A DNA stretch of 63,893 nucleotides, counting the filler, from Octopus bimaculoides (taxonomy: Eukaryota): the NCBI RefSeq assembly GCF_001194135.2. It is 7 parts of 6 records of this genome, joined end to end, with 100 filler letters (N's around TTAATTAATTAA, not from the genome) between each part and the next. Parts side by side here need not be neighbours in the genome. Positions count along the whole stretch, not along the records: positions 14,656 to 34,803 come from NC_069003.1; positions 34,904 to 42,958 come from NC_068993.1; 5 more parts are not named here. One strand, 5' to 3'. Of this stretch, positions 22,140 through 35,392 are shown piece after piece; positions within the stretch are counted from its first letter, which is position 1; the number at the start of each line of letters is the position of its first letter. The notes below the pieces were generated by a model. It made no database searches, had not been told where the DNA came from, and saw only the letters and a list, made by a program, of their open reading frames with translations. The translations under genes and the position numbers were made by a program.

Positions 22140-22690
22140 GCACCATCATTGAAGATCAACAACTATCACAAAACATTGCAACAACAGAACAACACTCAAC
22201 ACAACAACCACTACCACTTAGTACAAACAATACTACCGTACCACTAAGACTGACGTCACTTCCGTCAGCGCCATCAACACAACCTTGAGACTTATCAACG
22301 ATAATACCACCATCATCATTACCATTAAAACTACCACCACCACCAACTACTATTATTACTACTACAAAAACAGCAGCAGCAGCAGCATCTCTACCAGTGC
22401 TGTCACTCCTACTAATACCATGACCATCACGACTTTCACCACTAACGTCGCCACCATCAACACCACCACTGCCACCTCCAACATTACTACTTACAGTACA
22501 ACAGCTATCGCCTGCACCACGATCTTTAAAAACACAAGAACATTACCGCCAAAGCCACCACCACCACCACCAACGCCACCATCAGAAGCACAACCGACAC
22601 TATCACAACCACATCCATCACTACCAACACCACCTCCATCATGACAAACGCTACCACCAACACAACAACGCAACCAAACCACTGCTACAC
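22140..22690. repeat. Degenerate (ACC/ACT/AAC)n low-complexity tract
   Basis: Source of the Thr/Pro-rich ORFs. Confidence 0.9.
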
Positions 22691-23112
22691 GATAACACGT
22701 GATTCCACGTCACGGCACGTCACTTCACGCCAGGACACGAGAATATTTCGTCCCCGACTATTATTGGAACGAGGATATATATATATACATACATATAACA
22801 TATAAACGACGGTAAAAAACGAAAATAAGGAAGGAAACGAGAAGGAAAGAGGTAAAGACGATGAAAAATTGGACGTTTATCATCGTAAAATGGCGGCTAA
22901 ATGGGAAAACTAGCTAGTTTCTAAAATATGGACTTCTTCAATCATAGATCTATTGGCCTTGCTTCTTCCGATGGATAAACATTCTCCACTTCCGTGATTA
23001 CGCACGCGCGTACGCACGCATACAAATATAAAACAGACGTGATTCCATAAATGTACATACAAATATACATACATACACACAGATACATGTATATATATAT
23101 ATGTGTGTGTGT

Positions 23113-23158
<46 letters not shown>

Positions 23159-24740
23159 TGTATAACAAAAGTCAATGATATACAATGTAATATATATATA
23201 TATATGCATACATTTGTATGTATGTGTGTATGTGTGTATGTATGTATGTATGTACATATATATATATATATAGAGAGAGAGATAGATAGATATGGTGTAA
23301 ATGCCAATGATATATATTTGTATGTGTATATATATATGTGTGTGTGTATATGTCTACACACACACACGCACACACACACACGCACACATACGCACACGCA
23401 TACATTTATATATATATATATGTATATATATTCGAACATACAAAATGATATATGTAAACGTATGCAACGCACACTGTACACACACACACACACGTACACA
23501 CACACACACATACACACACACACACACGATCACAGTGGGACACATGGACACGGCGTTCGCGAACGCCTCGTGACGGACATGGTCAAAATGTAATTTATAT
23601 CGGTTTGATTGGATAATTTCTTATTTCCCGCCAAATCTGCGATGACACTTGAGAGAGCAGAAAGAGATTTGCAATGCAATAAAACTGTCATGGCGGCTTA
23701 TGAACGTTCCAGAAGTCACTNNNNNNNNNNNNNNNNNNNNNNNNNNNNNNNNNNNNNNNNNNNNNNNNNNNNNNNNNNNNNNNNNNNNNNNNNNNNNNNN
23801 NNNNNNNNNNNNNNNNNNNNNNNNNNNNNNNNNNNNNNNNNNNNNNNNNNNNNNNNNNNNNNNNNNNNNNNNNNNNNNNNNNNNNNNNNNNNNNNNNNNN
23901 NNNNNNNNNNNNNNNNNNNNNNNNNNNNNNNNNNNNNNNNNNNNNNNNNNNNNNNNNNNNNNNNNNNNNNNNNNNNNNNNNNNNNNNNNNNNNNNNNNNN
24001 NNNNNNNNNNNNNNNNNNNNNNNNNNNNNNNNNNNNNNNNNNNNNNNNNNNNNNNNNNNNNNNNNNNNNNNNNNNNNNNNNNNNNNNNNNNNNNNNNNNN
24101 NNNNNNNNNNNNNNNNNNNNNNNNNNNNNNNNNNNNNNNNNNNNNNNNNNNNNNNNNNNNNNNNNNNNNNNNNNNNNNNNNNNNNNNNNNNNNNNNNNNN
24201 NNNNNNNNNNNNNNNNNNNNNNNNNNNNNNNNNNNNNNNNNNNNNNNNNNNNNNNNNNNNNNNNNNNNNNNNNNNNNNNNNNNNNNNNNNNNNNNNNNNN
24301 NNNNNNNNNNNNNNNNNNNNNNNNNNNNNNNNNNNNNNNNNNNNNNNNNNNNNNNNNNNNNNNNNNNNNNNNNNNNNNNNNNNNNNNNNNNNNNNNNNNN
24401 NNNNNNNNNNNNNNNNNNNNNNNNNNNNNNNNNNATGATGATGATGATGATGATGAGGGTGAGGGTTATGGTGGCGGTGTTGGTGACGGTGGTTGTGGTG
24501 GCATTGGTGGCGATGAGGGTAACTAAGAAGAAGAAGAGATGAAACGATTTTTGTTGCATCTGCTGTTACGGTTTCATGAGTTTGGGGTTCAAATTTCACT
24601 GAGGTGGACATTACCTCTTAATCCATCTGTGTTTATTACAATAAACTAACAGCCAAGCATTGGGCTTGGTAGTATCCATTAACCCCATTACTCAGAATTT
24701 CAGGCCTTAAGTCTTTTGTCTATGTTAGAAATTATTATTA

Positions 24741-25274
24741 TCAAAGTGACACTGGAGTAAAACATACGAAGCCCAGTATACCCATCATGACTACCCGTCT
24801 GATAAGGGTACACCAGACACATGCATCACAATCATATGTGCGCGACATGGTGATCTCATATCAAGATAAACAACGCATGACCTTGCAGATGGGGCCCAGT
24901 TAGAATTTTCTCCATGTCGAGTAGCCCATCCCGCTCAAAAGGTCTCTGAATAAGGTTTGTTCAAGGATGTTGAACGAAACACCTATGTTTCCAAAGGTGA
25001 ATTATCCAAACCCCAAATAATTCCTCTCAACACATGGCTATGATGCTCCCCCATTACTTCTGCTCGTGATCAGAGATGCCCATATCGTCAGCCACCAAGG
25101 GACATGCTCAACTGGTTAAGGTCAAACAGCTGACAAGCAAATCTGTAGTATTAAGCAGAATATCTGTTGTAGCCCATCTTTTTATACCAAGACAAAACAA
25201 TGTACATGATAACACTTCCAATCAATTAAGATCAGAAGCCATGAGAGCCACTACCTGGTACTGCATCCGGGCAT
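24741..25274 (-). mobile_element. ~550-bp (TAA)n-flanked element, near full length
   Basis: Collinear with 13930-14458; flanked by ATTATTATTA and (GTT)n. Confidence 0.9.
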
Positions 25275-25304
25275 TTGTTGTTGTTGTTGTTGTTGTTGTT
25301 AGAA

Positions 25305-25484
25305 GGCGGTGAGCTGGCAGAACCGTTAGCGCGCTGGACGTAAAGGTGAGCGGTATTTCGTCTGTCGCTACGTTCCGAGATCGACTTTGCCTTTCATCCT
25401 TTCGCAGTCGATAAATCAAGTACCAGTAAAATCGACTAGTCCCCACCCCCAAATATGAGTCCTTATGCTTCCAGTAGAAAGGAT
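25305..25484 (+). mobile_element. SINE family B
   Basis: GGCGGTGAGCTGGCAGAACCGTTAGC head; central block; (TTA)n tail. Confidence 0.85.
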
Positions 25485-25609
25485 TATTATCATCATTATC
25501 ATCATCATTATTATTATTACCGCCATCGTCACCATCATTATTTTAAATTGTAAAAATTTTAAATTTTATATCCTTTCTTTTTTAATGTGTACATATGTAT
25601 ATATATAGT

Positions 25610-27535
25610 CTGTAGTGGGGAGGTAGATGAGGCTCGTTAGCCGTGGTGAAGGCAACTCTTCTAGAAGAAGACCACTCTGATATAAAACCAGGTCATAGTA
25701 ATGATCTTAATTGGCTGCACTATCAAAGCCATGATTCTTAATGGGGGCAGACGGGGCTCCTGTTTTGAAACGAAGCCGTGATTAGGACAACCAATATAGG
25801 AGAATAAACCTCTGCTAGCTTGCAGTCTCCTTTTGAAGAAAATTCCTAGGAGAAGGTACTCCAATATAAAACCTGCAGTCAACTTAGTACTAGTCATCTT
25901 CCTTTGCTTGTCACTGGAATCTACTATTTTGACCTAGAGAGTGGCAAAGTGTGGTACAAGCGTTTGTCACTGAAATCCAGTGAAGTACAGATGTCCCCAA
26001 CAAAACACCATCATCGTACAATCATCACTTTCCAAAAGTCCTATGACAATAGAGGCGTGGTAACGTATGCAAACTTGACCAGTTGTAATCATACAGTTAC
26101 AAATCTGCCTATAAGGCGGCAGGGTTCTTATCTTAACATCGCAAACATGTTTTCGGTCGAGAATCCTGAGTCTGGGCAGCCCTTTTAAGAACACTGCTTA
26201 CCTGAATGTACCGGGAAGGCGCTAAAGGTGCGCTAATAATTGTCTTTTCCCTGCTGGTTAGTTTACTGCGGCTAACGGTGGTTCAATTTAGCAGGAATGA
26301 ACAAAGAATTGATATAAACAATGATAAGAAATATGCGAGGAACAAGGCTTCTCTTAACCTGGCCTGTTGGAATGTGAGAACTCTTTTAGATCGAGCAGAT
26401 AGGCCAGAAAGAAGAACAGCTCTAGTAACTAAGGAGCTAAGGCGTCGTAGTGTTACTCCCGCGCCAGGGCAAACATTCTGAACAAAACATTTTTGGAAGT
26501 GGATCAAGGTTAGAAGTCATTGACGACTTTATTTACCTTGGAAGCACACTGTCGAGAGATGGTGGTCTTGAACAGATATATACTATCGAATAGAGAAGGG
26601 AAGTGTTGCATTTGGAAAGCTCGGAAAGCGAGTATGGGCTGATAGAGGTGCATTGACTGCACTTCTTTATTAGAATAAGACGTGGACCACTTACAGGCGT
26701 CATATGAAAATGCTGGAGAGATTTCATCAAAAGTGTCTCAGACGTATCTTGGGAGTCAAGTGAGAATGTTTCATACCAGATACAGAAGTTTTGCACATGG
26801 CACGTTGTAGCTCAGTTGGACAACATGTTATCTTGGCTCATATGAGATGAGCAGGACATGTTATTAGAATGAAAGACGAGTGGTTAGCAAAGTGTGTTTT
26901 TTATGGTGAGCTCAACTCTGGTAAGCGACCACAACATAAGCCGAGAAGGTATAAAGACTGTGTGAAGGAAAACCTGAAGAAACTAAATATGTACAGACGT
27001 GATTGAGAAGTTGATACTCTGGATTGGAACAAGTGGAGAGGTGCTGTTAGGACTAGTTGCAATGCCTGGGAGGAAAAGATGATCCAATACTGAGCTTAAA
27101 AGGGCCTGGCACAAAGGAACAATTGGAACCGAAATCAACAGTGAACATTGGATATGTATTATGTGTGATTGTGTTCTGTTGTCAAAAGCAGGACACATGA
27201 ATCATAGGACGTCAAATGAAAATCGAAATGCCCAGGTAGGTAATAATCTTGGACCCCCAACTGCTTCTTATGACTTGTGTCATGTGTCACGAAACTTGTG
27301 TGACAGTATCTGGAATTAAAAGACACATGCTAGTTCAGAAAGACATTCCTTCAGAATCAGATTCTAAAGATGTAGAAGAGACTTGAATAATATCTGTAAC
27401 TTGTGTTTTAAATCTAGTCAGTCAGAAGCTAGTCTTAAAAGCCATCTGAGAGCTTATCAACGGAATGATCGTGCTGTGTGATGGGGGTGTGGTGTGTGTG
27501 TTGATGGGACGGCTATCATCTGTCTACATGAAGAA
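25610..27535 (+). mobile_element. RTE (BovB-like) LINE, internally deleted and decayed
   Basis: APE N-terminus LACWNVRTLLDRADRPERRTALVTKELRR is joined at ~26450 to RT C-terminal motifs (DDFIYLGSTLSRDG, LERFHQKCLRRILGVK, RWAGHVIRM, FYGEL) and a Cys/His-rich end. 5' boundary approximate. Confidence 0.85.
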
Positions 27536-27562
27536 ATCATCACACATACATACATACATATA

Positions 27563-27606
<44 letters not shown>

Positions 27607-28249
27607 NNNNNNNNNNNNNNNNNNNNNNNNNNNNNNNNNNNNNNNNNNNNNNNNNNNNNNNNNNNNNNNNNNNNNNNNNNNNNNNNNNNNNNNNNNNNNN
27701 NNNNNNNNNNNNNNNNNNNNNNNNNNNNNNNNNNNNNNNNNNNNNNNNNNNNNNNNNNNNNNNNNNNNNNNNNNNNNNNNNNNNNNNNNNNNNNNNNNNN
27801 NNNNNNNNNNNNNNNNNNNNNNNNNNNNNNNNNNNNNNNNNNNNNNNNNNNNNNNNNNNNNNNNNNNNNNNNNNNNNNNNNNNNNNNNNNNNNNNNNNNN
27901 NNNNNNNNNNNNNNNNNNNNNNNNNNNNNNNNNNNNNNNNNNNNNNNNNNNNNNNNNNNNNNNNNNNNNNNNNNNNNNNNNNNNNNNNNNNNNNNNNNNN
28001 NNNNNNNNNNNNNNNNNNNNNNNNNNNNNNNNNNNNNNNNNNNNNNNNNNNNNNNNNNNNNNNNNNNNNNNNNNNNNNNNNNNNNNNNNNNNNNNNNNNN
28101 NNNNNNNNNNNNNNNNNNNNNNNNNNNNNNNNNNNNNNNNNNNNNNNNNNNNNNNNNNNNNNNNNNNNNNNNNNNNNNNNNNNNNNNNNNNNNNNNNNNN
28201 NNNNNNNNNNNNNNNNNNNNNNNNNNNNNNNNNNNNNNNNNNNNNNNNN

Positions 28250-28320
<71 letters not shown>

Positions 28321-28779
28321 TGTATATGTATATGAGTATATGTATGTATATGAGTATATTATATATATATATATATATATATACATGTTCCTGTGAATAT
28401 ATGTACACACACACACACACACATACACACACAAACGCACACACATACATACACACACATATATGAAAAAGATAAATAAATGCACATATATCTAGGCCAA
28501 ACGCAAACAAGTGTCTATGTGTATGCTTTGCTAGTGCGGAGCTTATGTATGGCTGTATGTACTATGTTGAGTGCGTGCGTGAGTGTATGCGTGCGTTTTA
28601 TTGGAGCCTGTGTATTCATGAAAGTATGTATACACGTCTATGTATAAGCAAATGTATATGCAAATGCATACACTTGTATACCAGTATGTACGAATATATA
28701 CATACATATTGTTTTACTGTACGTATGGATGTCACGTATATATGTATGTATGCTTAAATTAATGTATGCATGTATTTTG

Positions 28780-29035
28780 TATGTATTATCTATGTATGTA
28801 TGTACGTATGTAAGTATGTATGTATGTATGTATGTGTCTATGTATGTATGTATGTATGTATGTATGTATGTATGTGTGTATGTATGTATTTATGTATGTA
28901 TGTGTGTATGTATGTATGTACGTACGTATGTATGTATGTATGTATGTATGTGTGTATGTATGTATGTGTGTATGTATTTATGCATGTATGTATGTATGTA
29001 TGTATGTATGTATGTATGTATGTGTGTGTGTGGCT
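28780..29035. repeat. (TATG)n microsatellite
   Basis: About 250 nt of tetranucleotide repeat. Confidence 0.95.
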
Positions 29036-29184
29036 GTGAGTGTATGTGCGTGTGAGTGTGTGGGGGGAGGGTGTATGTACGAACGTATTTGTATAAATAA
29101 ATTGCTTTTTCTTTCTTTCGGGAAGACGATTCAATCCGGTTTTGGATAAATTTAATTATTGAAGCCAAGTTAATGGTAACGACA

Positions 29185-29760
29185 ATGATGATGAAGAGGT
29201 GGAGGAAGAGGAGGATGGTGGTGTTGATAATGATGATGCTGGCGACGGTGACGATGGTTGGGATGATGACGATGGTGATAATGATGATGATGATGGTGAG
29301 AATTATGATGACATGACGTTATCGACGAGGGCCGTGCTGATGACGACGACGATACGGGTCCCGATGACGATGTTGATCATGATGATGATGACGACGAAGA
29401 CGACGACGGCGACGGCGGCGGCGGCGGCGGCGGCAACGACAATGATGATAAAGATGATATTGATGATGATGATGATGATGATGACGACGATAACGACGAC
29501 AATGTTGATGAAGACGATGAATAATACCTCGACGACGACGACGATGATGATGACGATAATGAAGACGATGATGATGTTTTTGATGATGATGACTTTGATG
29601 ATGATGATGATGATGATGATGAATTAGAATCTGCAATAGAGGGAGCATAAAGAAGAAGAAGAAGAAGAAGAAGAAGAAGAAGAAGAAGAAGAAGAAGAAG
29701 AAGAAGAAGAAGAAGAAGAAGAAGAAGAAGAAGAAGAAGAAGAAGAAGAAGAAGAAGAAT
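29185..29760. repeat. Compound (GAT/GAC/GGC)n tract followed by a pure (GAA)n run
   Basis: Pure GAA run at ~29651-29758. Confidence 0.95.
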
Positions 29761-30299
29761 TGAGGGATGAGGGCAGCAGCAACAACAACCAAAACATTGG
29801 GAGAAATGAAAAAGAAAGATGAAAATAAAGACGAAAAAAGAAGACTTACTGAGAGTGAAAAAGAGACTTTGAAAAGAAAAATAAATAAATAAATGAGCAA
29901 CGAAGGAAAACCGGAAAGAAACAAAAGGAAGGAGGAAAGTGGAAAAGAAAAAGGAGAGCTCCAAGAAAGAAAGAGTATAGTAAAAAAAAATGAACAACAA
30001 ATTAAATAAAATAAAAAAGCGTAGGAATGACTGAAAAAACAGCGAAATAATAAAGTACTCCAAAAGACTGCACCTCTGTCAAGAACCGATATATATANNN
30101 NNNNNNNNNNNNNNNNNNNNNNNNNNNNNNNNNNNNNNNNNNNNNNNNNNNNNNNNNNNNNNNNNNNNNNNNNNNNNNNNNNNNNNNNNNNNNNNNNNNN
30201 NNNNNNNNNNNNNNNNNNNNNNNNNNNNNNNNNNNNNNNNNNNNNNNNNNNNNNNNNNNNNNNNNNNNNNNNNNNNNNNNNNNNNNNNNNNNNNNNNNN

Positions 30300-30340
<41 letters not shown>

Positions 30341-30399
30341 AACAGATACAAAAATACGAACATACCGACATACATATATATGTACGCACAAATACACAC

Positions 30400-30437
<38 letters not shown>

Positions 30438-31434
30438 GCACACACAACCACAAACATACGCATATACATGTATATAAGTATACAGATGCGTACACACATA
30501 CACAACGCACATAACGCACAGATACATGCACACGTGGAACATCCACGCGCACACACGTACAAAAACTCACTCAAAGAAAGAAAGAAAGAAAGGATAACAA
30601 ACAAACAAAACTTATTGCCACTGAGTATTTTTGCATCAGTGACTCTGAATATCAGCTGTTTCTGTGTGCCAGAGTATATTTTTCAATTATCGTTTTTCTC
30701 ACCCTCTCCCCATTCTCTCTACACACATACATATAAACCTACATACACACACACTCACACTCACACACACACACATATATATATTATGAACATATGTATA
30801 CATACTACCACCTTTGTGTTTATTTTGATTATTTTGTTGTGGATGCAATGTGTGTCAGTTTTCTAAGTTCGTTTTGGGTTCGATGTATGCGTTTGCGTCC
30901 AGTTGTGTATATGTGCGTCTGTGATTATCTTTCCGTGGATGCATCTTGGTATATTTTACTGCGTACGTGTTTGATAGTGTACATACGTGTGTGTGTTTAT
31001 TTATTTTCGAGATTTCTTTCCTTCTCTCTCTCTTTCTCTCTCTCTCTCACTCTCTCTCTCTCTCTTTGTATTCTTAACTATTATTTTTCTTCTTGCTAAT
31101 CTCCGTATTTTCCTTTATTTATTTTTATAACTATTTATTTATACTGGGACAATTTTTTTTTTTTTTACTGTTTTGGCCATCTTGTTATTTTTTATTACTT
31201 TATGTTATTGTTTTTATTTATTTTTGTCATTCTTCTATCTCTTCCTTTTTGCTTATTTTCTGCTTATTACGATATTTTTCTTTTCTTTTCTTTTCTTATT
31301 TCTTCCTTTTTACATTTTCTTACCCTAATTTTTTTGTGTGCTTTATTTTTTGCCTAACATTAATTTTAAAATTTTATTCCTGACTGTGGTATATACATTG
31401 CTTCCATTCACCCTGTGCATACTTATATACATAC

Positions 31435-31525
<91 letters not shown>

Positions 31526-31967
31526 NNNNNNNNNNNNNNNNNNNNNNNNNNNNNNNNNNNNNNNNNNNNNNNNNNNNNNNNNNNNNNNNNNNNNNNNNNN
31601 NNNNNNNNNNNNNNNNNNNNNNNNNNNNNNNNNNNNNNNNNNNNNNNNNNNNNNNNNNNNNNNNNNNNNNNNNNNNNNNNNNNNNNNNNNNNNNNNNNNN
31701 NNNNNNNNNNNNNNNNNNNNNNNNNNNNNNNNNNNNNNNNNNNNNNNNNNNNNNNNNNNNNNNNNNNNNNNNNNNNNNNNNNNNNNNNNNNNNNNNNNNN
31801 NNNNNNNNNNNNNNNNNNNNNNNNNNNNNNNNNNNNNNNNNNNNNNNNNNNNNNNNNNNNNNNNNNNNNNNNNNNNNNNNNNNNNNNNNNNNNNNNNNNN
31901 NNNNNNNNNNNNNNNNNNNNNNNNNNNNNNNNNNNNNNNNNNNNNNNNNNNNNNNNNNNNNNNNNNN

Positions 31968-32013
<46 letters not shown>

Positions 32014-32374
32014 CCATATATATCCATATATATAATATATATATATGTATATACGCACATACTGATGGATACATGTAAATATATATATATATATATATAT
32101 ACACATCTAGGTGTGTGTATGTGTGTGTTCCTTCTAATATGCTTATATATCTGAAGGTAACTATGGGCATGTATGCACTTGTGTGCATGCACGCGTGCAT
32201 GCGTTTGCGTGCGTGCGTGCGTGCGCGCACACGTATGTATGCATATGCGTGTGGGCTAGTGCATATGTGTGTATATACATGCGTGTATATAGTTAAAAAA
32301 CACAGGTCCCGTATCGTATCCTTATTCAGTATCGAGGGTAATTTGCTGCCCAAAACAAAACAACTACCGCAAAT

Positions 32375-32419
32375 AAAAAATATTAACAACAACAACAACA
32401 ACAACAATAATACTAATAC

Positions 32420-32459
<40 letters not shown>

Positions 32460-32526
32460 CAATAATTTCTCTCCACCGCCACAATTACTACTACTAATAC
32501 AACTAAGATGACTATCAAGCATCATC

Positions 32527-32577
<51 letters not shown>

Positions 32578-32816
32578 GTTTCTTTTATTTATAAGAATAC
32601 TAATAATGTGAAGAAGAAGAAGAAGAAGAAGAAGAAGAAGGGTGAGGAGGAGGAGGAGGAGGAGGAAAAGAAGAAGAAGAAGAAGAAGAAGAAGAAGAAG
32701 AAGAAGAAGAAGAAGAAGAAACTATAATAATAATAATTTCTTGTAAAAAGTGATAAAAGTTTTCTTTATAGAATAATACATGAACTTTTTTTATTTAATA
32801 ACCTTTTCTTCGTACT

Positions 32817-32853
<37 letters not shown>

Positions 32854-33132
32854 CAACAACAACAACAACAACAACAGGATAAAGAAGGAGGAGAAGGAGA
32901 AGAAGAAGAAGAAGAAGAAGAAGAAGAAGAAGAAGAAGAAGAAGAAGAAGAAGAAGAAGAAGAAGAAGAAGAAAAAGAAGAAAAAGAAGAAAAAGAAGAA
33001 GAAGGAGGAGGAGGAGGAGAAGAAGAAGAAGAAGAAGAAGAAGAAGAAGAAGAAGAAGAAGAAGAAGGAAATGATGATGATGAGGTGGATGACGATGATA
33101 AAGATGACGATGATGCTGGTGACGACAATGAC

Positions 33133-33165
<33 letters not shown>

Positions 33166-33300
33166 CAAAGAAAAAAGGAAAACAATAACAACAACAACAG
33201 CAACAAGCTTGGTGGTGGTGGTAGTGGTGGTGGTGATGGTGACGAAGAAGGAAAAGGAAGAGAAAATAGAGGAGGAAATGATGATGTTGAGGCAGATGAG
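32375..33300. repeat. Compound (AAC)(AAT)(GAA)(GGA)(GAT)n microsatellite field
   Basis: Explains the poly-N/K/E/D/S ORFs in the track. Confidence 0.95.
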
Positions 33301-33411
33301 GCGAGGGCGGAAGGAGTGAGGAGGTGAAAGGAAGAGACAGAAAGGAAAAGGAAAGAGAGGTGAGGAAGAAAAGAAACATGATTGAAAACAGCAAAAGCAT
33401 AGAGAAGGAGG

Positions 33412-33446
<35 letters not shown>

Positions 33447-33883
33447 NNNNNNNNNNAAGGAGGGAGGGAGAGAGAGAGAGAGAGAGAGAGAAAGGGAGGA
33501 GTAAGATAAAAAAAAAATGGAGGACGAGAAGATACAGAAAGAGAAAAAAATATAAGCGAAAGACGACAGAAATGGAGGAAAAAATTGGATGAAAGATGTA
33601 AAGCGAAATGCATAAAAGAAATGGAGATCTAATCAAAACTGTAAACAAGTGAGAATTTTTAGCACAATGGATGAAAGGGAAAGGCCCTTCTTTTCTTCCA
33701 GAAAATTTTTACATGAACGGGCGCATGCCGAGCAGACGACATGTAGAAGTGTTGGTCGTTTAATCGGTTGGTTGGTAGCTTGGTTTGTTGGTTGGCTGGT
33801 TGGCTGGTTTTCTGGCTAGGGGCGATGAAGGGAATAAAAAAAAAAATAGGTGGGCGAGCGGGAGGGCGGAAAAAGAGACTTCT

Positions 33884-33947
<64 letters not shown>

Positions 33948-33963
33948 CGTTATTAATAATTAG

Positions 33964-34023
33964 GCAGAAGAAAGGACAGGAAGTGCCCATAGCATTTTTA
34001 TGCCAAACTGTCCAAAAATTGAG
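33964..34023 (+). CDS. Candidate 60-nt internal exon (AEERTGSAHSIFMPNCPKIE in phase 0)
   Basis: TAG acceptor after (TTA)n; strong donor GAG|GTAAAT; length divisible by 3; two frames open. Confidence 0.25.
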
Positions 34024-34349
34024 GTAAATGAAAGATAAAACTGGCTGAAGTTGATGCAGTTGATGTTTATGCTAGATTTGCTTGTATCGCTGCAAATGTA
34101 CCCCACCCGCTTTCTCTATTTTCGACTCGCTCTTTTCCTCTCTTTTCTCTCTTTCTCTTCCTCTCTTGTCTCTCTTTCTCTCTTACCCTCTTTCTCACGT
34201 ATCCCGTCTCCTTCATATCTACCATCTCTATTTCCATTCTATCACTTCTTACTCTATCCATTTTCTCACTCTTCTCTTTCTCTTTCAGTCTCTCTCTCAC
34301 TCTCTCTTTGACACTTTTTAATAGAAAGATAGATACACCCACACATATT

Positions 34350-34381
<32 letters not shown>

Positions 34382-34413
34382 TACACATACATACGTCTGT
34401 ATTNNNNNNNNNN

Positions 34414-34472
<59 letters not shown>

Positions 34473-34514
34473 ATATATAAATATACACACATACACACAC
34501 TCACACAAACACTA

Positions 34515-34718
34515 AAGGGTGCTGAAAGGTTCCTGACCTTAAGTATATTGCGAAAGGCCTGGTTGGAGGTCCAACCTTTTGAATTCTTATAGAGAGCTTA
34601 CAAATCCTGGAGGTCCGCTGCAATAAGTGTGTGAATCTGAGAGGAGAATGTGCTGAATAAAATCATAATTAACTGATCCTCCTGTATTTTCTTTTTACTA
34701 GGAACTCTTCACCACTTG
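34515..34718 (+). mobile_element. Mariner-derived MITE-like deletion derivative
   Basis: Degenerate TIRs GGGTGCTGAAAGGTTCCTG and TAGGAACTCTTCACCAC; TA on both sides; transposase tail LEVRCNKCVNLRGECAE*. Confidence 0.65.
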
Positions 34719-34847
34719 TATATATGTATATATATATATACACACATATATATATATATGTATATATATACACACATGTATATATATATATATATATATA
34801 TATNNNNNNNNNNNNNNNNNNNNNNNNNNNNNNNNNNNNNNNNNNNN

Positions 34848-34859
34848 TTAATTAATTAA
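34848..34859. other. Artificial gap linker TTAATTAATTAA
   Basis: 44 N on each side. Confidence 0.95.
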
Positions 34860-35249
34860 NNNNNNNNNNNNNNNNNNNNNNNNNNNNNNNNNNNNNNNNN
34901 NNNACATTTATGCAGATATAACAATTTAAAGGATAACCATATTACAATAGATAATACTAAGTGGACTTTTCCTTTTTCTCTTTCTTTTTCTTTTTTCTTT
35001 GTGATGTAATCTTGGGACTGAAAATGTTTGCGGCTGAAGATAGCTTTAAACCATCCTTTCTATCAATTATATACTCATATAATGATGCAACGACAGTATG
35101 TGTATAAAGCTTGAAACACGTGTACCGCGGAATCCTTTGTGTTCTGTTTTCATTTTACGTTTTAATATATTCTTTCACCTCGGCCACTATCTGGCATATA
35201 CAGGTGCTTACACTTATCAAGTATTGCCTCTAAAACTTGCTATATATAA

Positions 35250-35392
35250 TATACGACAGGTCCTTTTCAGTTTCCGTCTACCAAATCCATTCACAAGGCT
35301 TTGGTCGGCCCGTGGCTATAGTAGAAGACACCTGCCGAAGCTGGAATCATGTGGCTGGTAAGCAAACTACTTATCACACATACCACTCCTGT
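35250..35392 (-). mobile_element. SINE family C, 5' part with internal deletion
   Basis: Head ACAGGAGTGGTATGTGTGATAAGTAG..; body CTACTATAGCCACGGGCCGACCAAAGCCTTGTG. Confidence 0.8.

Noticed and set aside
23560-23720. Possible exon or transposase piece (MTLERAERDLQCNK..)
   Set aside because: No recognisable motif or splice signal, and it is cut by a gap.
30625-30675. GAAACAGCTG plus CTGATGC on the minus strand
   Set aside because: The order and the cleavage triplet do not fit a hammerhead, and the core is incomplete.
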